A DNA stretch of 60,890 nucleotides from Clostridiales bacterium. Its GTDB lineage: Bacteria > Bacillota > Clostridia > Lachnospirales > Lachnospiraceae. The position numbers were made by a program, and so were the translations under genes. The number at the start of each line of letters is the position of its first letter. The stretch's first letter is position 1. The stretch spans positions 1 to 60,890 of the forward strand of contig JAAVHR010000022.1 of assembly GCA_014799595.1 (NCBI GenBank), read 5' to 3'. Of this stretch, positions 34,909 to 43,180 are shown piece after piece. The notes under the pieces were generated by a model. It worked only from the letters and a program-made list of their open reading frames with translations, was not told the origin of the DNA and did no database searches.

Positions 34909-36669
34909 GTGGGTAAGAAAGTATTAAGTATAGAAATAGGGTTACACAGCGTCAAAGTTTGTGAACTTGAAGCTGGAAAGAAAAATCCACATGTATTAAA
35001 TTGTATCACATTTGATACACCAGAAAATATTGTTGAGGATGGCTTTATCTTAGATAAAGATTTGATGGCTCAGACTTTGAAAAGTCAGTTAGAAAATGCA
35101 AAAATGAATACAAAGGAAGTAATTTTCACCATTGCATCTACAAAGCTGGCAAACCGTGAAGTTGTTATTCCTGGGGTTCCAGATAGTAAGATTCAGTCAA
35201 TTATTGATGCAAGTGCAACAGAATATTTCCCATTGGATGTATCAGAATATACAATTTCTTACACTATTCTGGAAAAGATTAATACAAAAGAAGAGAAGAA
35301 ATTGAAACTTTTACTTTTAGCTGCTCCTAATAACTTAATTAAGAATATTTATAGTTTTGCAGAAATTGCCGGACTTCATGTAAATGCCATTGATTATATA
35401 GGTAATAGTACTTATCGTATTCTAAAAGGTAAGATAGGCACTGGTGTAAATGTTTCTGTGCAGATTAATGATCAGACAACTGTAGTTAATGTAATTGAGA
35501 ACGATAAACTTGCCTTGCAGAGAACTATTTCTTATGGGGCGATGAACATTGTCTCTGCTGTATTAGACAATACAGTGTTTGAGAAGAATTCTACTAAGGA
35601 GGCAATGCAGCTTCTTATGCAGGAAGGCATCATTAATGCTCATCTTGATATGGGTGGAGAATCCTCCAGAGGTATGTCAATGGCATCAGACGGATATGAT
35701 AAAGTGATGCGTGAGATTCGTGGCAGAGAGGAAGTTACAAATACAATCCAGTATATTATGAATAATATTAACAGGGTTCTTGACTACTATATGTCAAGAA
35801 ATTCTGATAAGAGAATCAATGCAATTTACTTGATTGGTGTAGGTGCTAAATTTAAAGGTATTGAAGTTTTAATGGCAAATGAAACTGGCTTTGATGTGAA
35901 GAAAATTGACAGTTTGTTTGGTGTGACTTTTAATAAAGGTCTTAATCTGGCATCACAAGCAGAGTATTTGTCTGCAATCGGAGCAACTATTGCACCCGTA
36001 GGTTTTGTCCCAGAAGAAGCCCGTACTTCCAATAATAGCGGTGGAGAAGCAAAAGCATTTATGGCATTGTTTGGAGGAGCCTGCATTATTGGAGCAGCAT
36101 TGATTATTGGTTCATTTGTAAATTTACAAATGGCAAGAATGAAGGGTGACAGTCTGCAAAAAGAGATTGATAATAAAAAATATATTGAAGATGTTTATGC
36201 ATCCCATCAGGCAGCAAAGGAATCTTATGAATATACAAGATATATGTATAACCAGACTTCTAACCGCAACTTTCAGTTGAATGAGTTTTTAGAAATGGCT
36301 GCAAAGGTTTTACCAAGTAATATGAAAGTATTATCTATTACATCAGATACCGATCATATCAGTATAGACATTGAGGCAAAATCAAATAAATATTCGATTA
36401 CAGAGCTGTTGTTGCAGCTTAAGAAAATTCCAAGCGTTGCAAATGCTACAGTTGCTGATATTACAGAGACTGAGGATGAGGGAGGCAAAAATGACAGAAA
36501 AGAAACTTTTACTGTTGTTTGTGTCTATAATCCTTATAATGCTTTTACAGATGAGAATACAGCATTAAAAGACGAAGTAGTAGAAGAAGAGCCAGTGCAA
36601 GAAGATGATACGGCAATACAAGGAACTGACAATACAACAGCACCAACTGATAATCAAGGAGCAGAGTAG
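34909..36669 (+). CDS. pilM: PilM-PilN fusion: actin-like PilM, a TM segment and a PilN-like periplasmic region with an acidic tail
   Basis: GTG start after AGGAGGAAGG. The PilM-like N-terminus is KKVLSIEIGLHSVKVCE. The TM segment is FMALFGGACIIGAALIIGSF. The ORF-track start at 34756 lies in the repeat. Confidence 0.8.
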   Translation: MGKKVLSIEIGLHSVKVCELEAGKKNPHVLNCITFDTPENIVEDGFILDKDLMAQTLKSQLENAKMNTKEVIFTIASTKLANREVVIPGVPDSKIQSIIDASATEYFPLDVSEYTISYTILEKINTKEEKKLKLLLLAAPNNLIKNIYSFAEIAGLHVNAIDYIGNSTYRILKGKIGTGVNVSVQINDQTTVVNVIENDKLALQRTISYGAMNIVSAVLDNTVFEKNSTKEAMQLLMQEGIINAHLDMGGESSRGMSMASDGYDKVMREIRGREEVTNTIQYIMNNINRVLDYYMSRNSDKRINAIYLIGVGAKFKGIEVLMANETGFDVKKIDSLFGVTFNKGLNLASQAEYLSAIGATIAPVGFVPEEARTSNNSGGEAKAFMALFGGACIIGAALIIGSFVNLQMARMKGDSLQKEIDNKKYIEDVYASHQAAKESYEYTRYMYNQTSNRNFQLNEFLEMAAKVLPSNMKVLSITSDTDHISIDIEAKSNKYSITELLLQLKKIPSVANATVADITETEDEGGKNDRKETFTVVCVYNPYNAFTDENTALKDEVVEEEPVQEDDTAIQGTDNTTAPTDNQGAE

Positions 36670-36682
36670 GAGGAGTAAGAAC

Positions 36683-37450
36683 ATGAACAAAAAAAAGCCA
36701 AGTGCATTATCAAATGTAACAGAAAGAGATAAGAAGCTTTTGTTTACACTGGGTACCATACTTGTTTTGGCACTTTCTTATTTCTTCGCATTTTCACCAA
36801 ACCAGGAAAAAGCAGATGAGGTAAAAACTCTTAATAAAGAAAAACAGGCGTATGTTACAGAGTTAGATGGCAAGATTGCAAATGAGCCAACAAAAAGAGC
36901 AGAAATCACTACATTTAAAAATGATAGAGAGACAATTCTTGCTAAATTTCCGGGTGGAATGACCCATGAAAAGGCAATTAAAATTTTAGCAGATTTAGAG
37001 AAGGATACAGATATTTTCTCTTCTCAGGTTACTCTTGCGGTAAATAATATTTTCTTTAATCAGGCAGAAGCCCGTACTAATGGTACAGTACAGGTTAAAA
37101 ATGAAAATATTGCAAGTACTTCTTCAGTAGCAGTGGTTGGTGTTGCAGAAGAGACTTATCCGGATATTGTAGGGTATAAGACTATTTTAACTTTATCTTT
37201 TAATTGTACGGATGAAGAATTAACGAAAGCTCTTGATTTTATTAATGAATATGAAGATAAGATGTCAGTAGAGTCCATTACGGTGGGTTATGATGAGACC
37301 ACAGGTGGATTGGTTGGAACTATGAACTTGTGTATGTTTGCAGTAGAAGGCGTAGATAATGAATACGAAGAACCTACAACAGAAGGTGTAGATTTGGGAG
37401 TTGTAAATATCTTTGGTGCAAAGAAATCTACAGCAAATAAGAAAAAATAG
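36683..37450 (+). CDS. pilO: PilO-like bitopic pilus assembly protein
   Basis: N-terminal TM (LLFTLGTILVLALSYFFAF) followed by a coiled coil, located after pilMN. The assignment rests on architecture and position. Confidence 0.55.
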   Translation: MNKKKPSALSNVTERDKKLLFTLGTILVLALSYFFAFSPNQEKADEVKTLNKEKQAYVTELDGKIANEPTKRAEITTFKNDRETILAKFPGGMTHEKAIKILADLEKDTDIFSSQVTLAVNNIFFNQAEARTNGTVQVKNENIASTSSVAVVGVAEETYPDIVGYKTILTLSFNCTDEELTKALDFINEYEDKMSVESITVGYDETTGGLVGTMNLCMFAVEGVDNEYEEPTTEGVDLGVVNIFGAKKSTANKKK

Positions 37451-37474
37451 TTCTGGCAGATAGGCAGAAAAAAG

Positions 37475-37512
37475 AGGTCAACTGGTAGAGGCATAAGCTG
37501 GTTGACCTTTTG
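37475..37512 (+). terminator. Rho-independent terminator or attenuator between pilO and the minor-pilin block
   Basis: AGGTCAAC pairs with GTTGACCT, followed by TTTTG. Confidence 0.65.
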
Positions 37513-37585
37513 TGGGATAATAAAATACTGTTTTATTTAGGCGGAATAGTTTTAAAATGGAAAAGATAAAGAAAGGAGTCAGGTT

Positions 37586-38812
37586 ATGATAAGAAGGAAT
37601 CGAAAAGGATTTACTTTGATGGAAGTTTTGGTTAGTATTGCATTAATTGGTATTCTTTTTACACCAATGCTTTCCTTTTTTTCACATAGTACTCAGATGA
37701 ATATCAAGGTGAAGAACATACAAAGAGCGAATACGGTTGCACAATCTGTAATGGAAGAAATCCGTTCCTATGCAACGATTGAAGCTCTGGCAAGTACTTA
37801 TTCGCAGAATACTGGTGCTGATGATAAGATGGATATGACAGACAGTGGGTATAATAATAAAATTACAAATATCTATAAAGCAGATGGTACTTTTGACGAG
37901 GCATCTAAATATTACTTTGTAAAACAGGAAATTGAAAGTGATGGAAAAAAATATGCAGCAAGAGTGGAAGTGGATCCAGGAATGTTTACAGGTGATCCTT
38001 CAAAACCAAACAACAAGACTTTGCCGATGATTTCTTCTCTTGGTTCTGAGAATACAGCAATTGCCATAGAAGAAGAAGAAACTAGAAACAAGATTTTGGA
38101 GTTTCAAAGACTTCATTTTAATGCGACTGGTATAAATCTTGATGAAGATGATATTGCAGATAAGCTGTTAAAAACTATGAAGGTTGAAGTTTCGGATGAA
38201 GGAAAAGAGGATAGTTTGATGGTTCATGTCCGTGTCTATAGTGAGTACACATTGACTTCTCCTATTACTGGATGTGATAGTGCCCAAGTGGGCAATGATA
38301 TTTATAATGGCTGGATGGAGCAAAGCCAGTTAAAAGGTATTTATATTTTTTACAGTTTTGATACTTCCAATAATGGGACACGGGCAATTATGCAGAAGTT
38401 GGAAGTGAATGTAGACTATTCTGCTCTTGCTCACCGTGACTGGGACTGTGATTTTACGGTATATACAATATGCCAAGGTTCAAAACAGGTTGATGTAGAT
38501 GGTGGGGAGCTTACTATGATAAGCGTAGATGATTATCTTCAAAGCAACCCTTCTGCTAAGGTAAGTCTTGCTTCAAAGGCAAATATTAAAGGTAACAGTT
38601 TTCAGGATGATGGAAATACACCAAGAATCTGGACGAATTTTCCATCTGGAGACAGTACAAGATACCCAAAGAAAAATATGGATGAAATCGTTGAAGAGGA
38701 ATCTATACAAAGATTATCTGGTGTAAAAGTTTGGATCTATAATCAAAGTGATTATGATAAGGCAGACTACACCCATCCAATAGTTACTGTTGAATCAACG
38801 AGAGGAGAGTAG
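37586..38812 (+). CDS. Large minor pilin (408 aa) with a prepilin N-terminal motif
   Basis: Begins MIRRNRKG|FTLMEVLVSIALIGILF. Confidence 0.75.
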   Translation: MIRRNRKGFTLMEVLVSIALIGILFTPMLSFFSHSTQMNIKVKNIQRANTVAQSVMEEIRSYATIEALASTYSQNTGADDKMDMTDSGYNNKITNIYKADGTFDEASKYYFVKQEIESDGKKYAARVEVDPGMFTGDPSKPNNKTLPMISSLGSENTAIAIEEEETRNKILEFQRLHFNATGINLDEDDIADKLLKTMKVEVSDEGKEDSLMVHVRVYSEYTLTSPITGCDSAQVGNDIYNGWMEQSQLKGIYIFYSFDTSNNGTRAIMQKLEVNVDYSALAHRDWDCDFTVYTICQGSKQVDVDGGELTMISVDDYLQSNPSAKVSLASKANIKGNSFQDDGNTPRIWTNFPSGDSTRYPKKNMDEIVEEESIQRLSGVKVWIYNQSDYDKADYTHPIVTVESTRGE

Positions 38813-38817
38813 ATAGA

Positions 38818-39819
38818 ATGAAAAGTTTTTTTAAAAAACATAATAAAGGTTCATCTTTGGTTTTTGTAATCATAGCTGTTGCTTTCGTTGGAATATTAGC
38901 AAGTATTTTGTTGAATGTTACACTAATTAATATTGAAACTAAGGGAACAGATAGATCAGTAAAGAAGAATTTTTACAAAACAGAAACTGTTATGGATAAG
39001 TTAAATATTACATTGGAGAATATTTCTGGAGAAGCTATGAAAATAGCTTATGTGGATTTGTTAACAGATTATACAAAGAGCGTTATGAACACCACAGACC
39101 AGACAAAAATCCAAAATCAATTTGCAAAAGTCTATATTGATAAAATTCTAGAAAAAATTGCAACATCTGTTGCCATAAGTGTGGATCCTCTTGACAACAC
39201 CAAAATGATGCTAAATGGTGGAAACTATGATATAGACAAGATTAAGACTGCACTGAATACAGATTTTTCTGGTGAGGGTTTGGATAAGTATATTACTACA
39301 GAGCCAGGAGAGGCAAATTTGGACTTATATTTTGATGGAAAACAGGTAGACGGCGAAAAATATTTACTACTAAAGAATATGAGGGTAAAATATTTTGAAA
39401 ATACAGATGGTTCTAATAAGGATTCAGAAATTTCTACATGGATTACAACCGATATTAAGTTTTCTGTTCCGGTTCTTCGTTTTGAAGGTGGCGGAACCTA
39501 TCCGAATTTTACAGAATATGCCATTATTGGTGATGAAGAAGTATTATCATCTGGTACAGCTGCTGTGGAAGGAAGCTTGTATGCTGGCAAGAATGGATTT
39601 AATATAAATGCATTAGCAGATGTAACCGTGAAGAGAAAATCAGCCAATATTATTACCCGGGGAAAAGTAAATGTACAACAGCAGGCAAGCCTTACTTTAG
39701 GAGAAGAAAATGATCTGGTGAATGTGTATGCGACAGATTACGTAACCAGCAAAAGTCCAGCATCTAATTCGTTACAAAAAGCTGCCTTAAGAGTGTATGA
39801 ACAGCTATATTATGGATGA
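38818..39819 (+). CDS. PilX-N-like membrane-anchored pilus-associated protein
   Basis: The N-terminus KGSSLVFVIIAVAFVGILASILL resembles PilX_N anchors. It has no E5. Confidence 0.5.
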   Translation: MKSFFKKHNKGSSLVFVIIAVAFVGILASILLNVTLINIETKGTDRSVKKNFYKTETVMDKLNITLENISGEAMKIAYVDLLTDYTKSVMNTTDQTKIQNQFAKVYIDKILEKIATSVAISVDPLDNTKMMLNGGNYDIDKIKTALNTDFSGEGLDKYITTEPGEANLDLYFDGKQVDGEKYLLLKNMRVKYFENTDGSNKDSEISTWITTDIKFSVPVLRFEGGGTYPNFTEYAIIGDEEVLSSGTAAVEGSLYAGKNGFNINALADVTVKRKSANIITRGKVNVQQQASLTLGEENDLVNVYATDYVTSKSPASNSLQKAALRVYEQLYYG

Positions 39820-41344
39820 TTTGTCTCTAGATGCTCCATATTCTGATGTTTATTTTGGAGGAGGAGGTGCCTATTATGGCTACAGCTTTAATAAGGACAA
39901 TACTACGGATACAAAAACTACATTGGATGCAGAATACAGTAGTGCAATATTGATTAATGGAAGCTATTCTTCATTAGATACGAGTGGAATGAGTAGTATT
40001 CTTCTAGGAGGGCGTGCATACATTTCTAATTTCCATCAATCCAACGAAAGTTATCATTTGCCTAAAAAGAATATTTTAATGGGTGAATCCTTATCTGTGA
40101 AGTCAAATCAGAATTTTTATCTGGTTTCTCCTGAACACTTGAAGAATGGATGTACTAATCCTATGACTTGGGCTGCTTATCAATCAAATGCCCCAGATGG
40201 TGAAGTATTATCAGATGAAGTAACCAGACCTTCCAGTAAACTTGGTAAATTGTTAAAATCTGGAACTGGGCAGGGTGTAGTCCCTTATATTTATGATATT
40301 AGCGGTACATCTGGTAATGCAGCTTTGGTGTATTTTTACTATAATTTTAAAAGCCAGGCTGCCGCAGATACCTATTTTAAACAATATTGTGATAAGGAAG
40401 ATTTGAGAAAGAAGATTGTAAGTAGTGAGTATTTGCAGTTTGGAGAGAATAGTATCAGTAAAATGGGTATTACGATTACATCTAATGTTGCTATGTTTGC
40501 TTCTGGTAACTGGATGACTTATACTAGTAATGGAAATAATCCGGGAACGTTTGAAGTACATGAAGAAAAAACTATTCCTGCAGGTGATGAGCCAATGTTA
40601 AAGCAGCAATCCATAGATTATGCACGTACTTTCAAAGCATTACAATTAGAACTTAGTACCCAGAATAAGGATAAATTTGAATCTACATATGAAGGTTCCG
40701 ATGCTAATAAAACAACAGGTTTTGGTATGTCACAGGAACAATTAGAAGGGAAGCAGATTTTTGATTCTATTATGACCATACGCGGTGACCGAAGCAGCAC
40801 CCAACATGATTTTGTTAAAGATGCAAGTGTTGCAGATAAAGGATTTAATCCTTTGCCTTCTACAAGTGTAAAGGTAAAAGCAGTTCCTGTAGATGTGAAC
40901 GGAACAAAGGTTTGGGCAATTTTTGTGGTTGATAGTAATCCGTCCTCTAGTGCATCACCAATCTCCTTGGATAGTATTTTGGCAAATATCCAATATAATG
41001 ATAATGGTACTACTATACATTTTAACAAGAATGATCATGTTGCAATTGTAGCAGCAAATTGTGGTATCTCTGCAAATTGTAAGATGAGAGGTCTTATTAT
41101 TTCTGATACAAAGGTAGTTTTGGCAAGTGGTGCAAATATTATTGCAGAACCAGCACTGCTTCGTGAGATGTTCCGTAAACAAAGAACAGAAGAGGGTGGC
41201 AAGCCCGATGCAAAAGATAAGTTTATTACATATTTTGAAGCATTCTCTGGTTTTTCGGCAGGTCAAAGTTCCAATGCTTCTGATGCTGTTGTAGATATCT
41301 CAAGATATATTACTTATTCAAATTGGAAGAAGAATAACGATTAG
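39797..41344 (+). CDS. Pilus-cluster protein of unknown function, with no signal peptide of its own
   Basis: 515-aa ORF overlapping the previous ORF by 23 nt (8 nt if ATG 39812 is used), in the +1 frame relative to it. Confidence 0.5.
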   Translation: MNSYIMDDLSLDAPYSDVYFGGGGAYYGYSFNKDNTTDTKTTLDAEYSSAILINGSYSSLDTSGMSSILLGGRAYISNFHQSNESYHLPKKNILMGESLSVKSNQNFYLVSPEHLKNGCTNPMTWAAYQSNAPDGEVLSDEVTRPSSKLGKLLKSGTGQGVVPYIYDISGTSGNAALVYFYYNFKSQAAADTYFKQYCDKEDLRKKIVSSEYLQFGENSISKMGITITSNVAMFASGNWMTYTSNGNNPGTFEVHEEKTIPAGDEPMLKQQSIDYARTFKALQLELSTQNKDKFESTYEGSDANKTTGFGMSQEQLEGKQIFDSIMTIRGDRSSTQHDFVKDASVADKGFNPLPSTSVKVKAVPVDVNGTKVWAIFVVDSNPSSSASPISLDSILANIQYNDNGTTIHFNKNDHVAIVAANCGISANCKMRGLIISDTKVVLASGANIIAEPALLREMFRKQRTEEGGKPDAKDKFITYFEAFSGFSAGQSSNASDAVVDISRYITYSNWKKNND

Positions 41345-41363
41345 TTAAGGAGGAGATGGAATC

Positions 41364-41876
41364 ATGAAGAACAATCGTCATAAAGGGTTTTCTATGATAG
41401 AGCTTATTCTTGTGATTGGAATTATGGGAATTTTTACTGCCTTGTCTTCTATTGGTTTCGGATATTTGCAATCAGGTAATGTGAAATCGGCAGCAAGAAA
41501 TATTGATGCAACGCTTACAAAATTAAAGTTAGACACAATGAAACAAACAAATTCTCCAACTATGTATATATATAAAAAGGGTTCTGATTATTATATGTAC
41601 TGTACCGCAAATACTTTTGTGGTTCCAGGAGAAGGCAGTGCAGCAGTTGGACAAAAGATTGGAAATAGAAATGTAACAATTTCTGCACAGAAAGGTGGCA
41701 GTGAGAAAACCTTAGCTTCAGGTGAAAGCTTTAACATTAAGTTTAAAAAGGGAAGTGGAGCCTTTAGTTCAACGGATATCACACATATTTATGTGAAACA
41801 CTCGGACGGTCAAGGCATAATCTATGATATTGAGATGGTACCAGAAACTGGAAAGCATTTTATTAATGTGAATTAG
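41364..41876 (+). CDS. Type IV pilin-like protein (second pilin, 170 aa)
   Basis: Begins MKNNRHKG|FSMIELILVIGIMGIF. Confidence 0.8.
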   Translation: MKNNRHKGFSMIELILVIGIMGIFTALSSIGFGYLQSGNVKSAARNIDATLTKLKLDTMKQTNSPTMYIYKKGSDYYMYCTANTFVVPGEGSAAVGQKIGNRNVTISAQKGGSEKTLASGESFNIKFKKGSGAFSSTDITHIYVKHSDGQGIIYDIEMVPETGKHFINVN

Positions 41877-41890
41877 GTGGTGATAGGCAA

Positions 41891-42553
41891 ATGAAAGGAT
41901 ATAAGAAAAATTCTGTTATAACAGAAGAATGTAAGAAAAACAGGAATGCAGGTTTTACTTTGGTTGAACTTTTGATTGCTATGCTGATGACCTTAATTAT
42001 AGTAAGTTCTGTTGGGCAGTTTATGGCAACAACTTCACGTACCTATCAGATTTTAGACAATCAGGTAAATTTGCAGGTAGAAGCACAATGTACAATTAAT
42101 ATGATTGCAGATATGGTATTAGAAGGAAATAATGTGGTCTTTGATAGTACAAATAAGATGCTTCGTATTTATAAGAATTTAGGTTCTACAGATTCAAGTG
42201 GTACTTTGTTGGATTACCGGACTGCAGAGCAAAATATTATTTGGTTTGATGAAAGTAGTGAAAATATGTATTTGTTTATCTGTAAAAATGGAACAGATTA
42301 TGACAATGCAGTTTATGCACATAATGATGGAAAGCTGATGGCAGAGGGAATTGATGATTTTAATGTAACTTGTCCTACTGTTTCAGATTTATCAATGGGA
42401 CTTACTAAAACAAGAGATTTGGCACAACAGCATTGTCTTACTGTAACGGTTAAATTAAAGACAAAGGCAGTTTATGACAGCAGTAATGATGATGATTTTA
42501 CATACGAGGCAGTAGATAACATCTATCCTCGTAATGAGATTGTTGAATTATAA
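41891..42553 (+). CDS. Minor pilin-like protein (220 aa)
   Basis: Contains ...KKNRNAG|FTLVELLIAMLMTLIIV. Confidence 0.75.
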   Translation: MKGYKKNSVITEECKKNRNAGFTLVELLIAMLMTLIIVSSVGQFMATTSRTYQILDNQVNLQVEAQCTINMIADMVLEGNNVVFDSTNKMLRIYKNLGSTDSSGTLLDYRTAEQNIIWFDESSENMYLFICKNGTDYDNAVYAHNDGKLMAEGIDDFNVTCPTVSDLSMGLTKTRDLAQQHCLTVTVKLKTKAVYDSSNDDDFTYEAVDNIYPRNEIVEL

Positions 42554-42578
42554 TATTTCAAATAGGGGGGATGCAAAG

Positions 42579-43067
42579 GTGGAGATTGAAAAAAAATATA
42601 AAATAAAAAGACTACCAGAGAAGTTAGAGACATATACTTGTCTGGATATTGAACAAGGGTATCTTTGTACCGAACCAGTTGTTCGGATTCGCAAGATGAA
42701 TGAGGAGTATATTCTCACATACAAATCAAAGACACCTTTGCAGGAATCCCAATATCATACAAAAATTTCCAATGAAGCAGAGTTCCCTTTGACTAAGAGT
42801 GGTTATGCACATCTACGGAAAAAAGTAGATGGGAATCTGATTCAAAAGAAAAGATATCTGATTCCCTTGGAGAATGGATTAAAGGTGGAATTAGATGTGT
42901 TCAGAGGACACTTGGAAGGATTGGTGTTTGCTGAGGTGGAATTTCAAAGTGTGGAGGAAGCAATAGAGTTCATTCCACCAGATTGGTTTGGTGAAGATGT
43001 GAGCCTGGATAAGCGTTTTAATAATAGCTATTTATCACAGATAGATAAATTACCAATCTCGTTATAA
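42579..43067 (+). CDS. CYTH-domain protein (triphosphate tunnel metalloenzyme; CyaB-like cyclase or triphosphatase)
   Basis: GTG start after AGGGGGG. The N-terminus VEIEKKYKI carries the ExExK signature, and FAEVEF lies near the C-terminus. Confidence 0.8.
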   Translation: MEIEKKYKIKRLPEKLETYTCLDIEQGYLCTEPVVRIRKMNEEYILTYKSKTPLQESQYHTKISNEAEFPLTKSGYAHLRKKVDGNLIQKKRYLIPLENGLKVELDVFRGHLEGLVFAEVEFQSVEEAIEFIPPDWFGEDVSLDKRFNNSYLSQIDKLPISL

Positions 43068-43180
43068 AGTTGATATGCCTGCTGATGCAGGCATCACCAT
43101 GAATGAAACTGAAATAACCCAGACTTCTGGTAAAACACCTTTGAAGTCTCCAATAATTAAGAAAGGAAAGGCTGGTTAGA

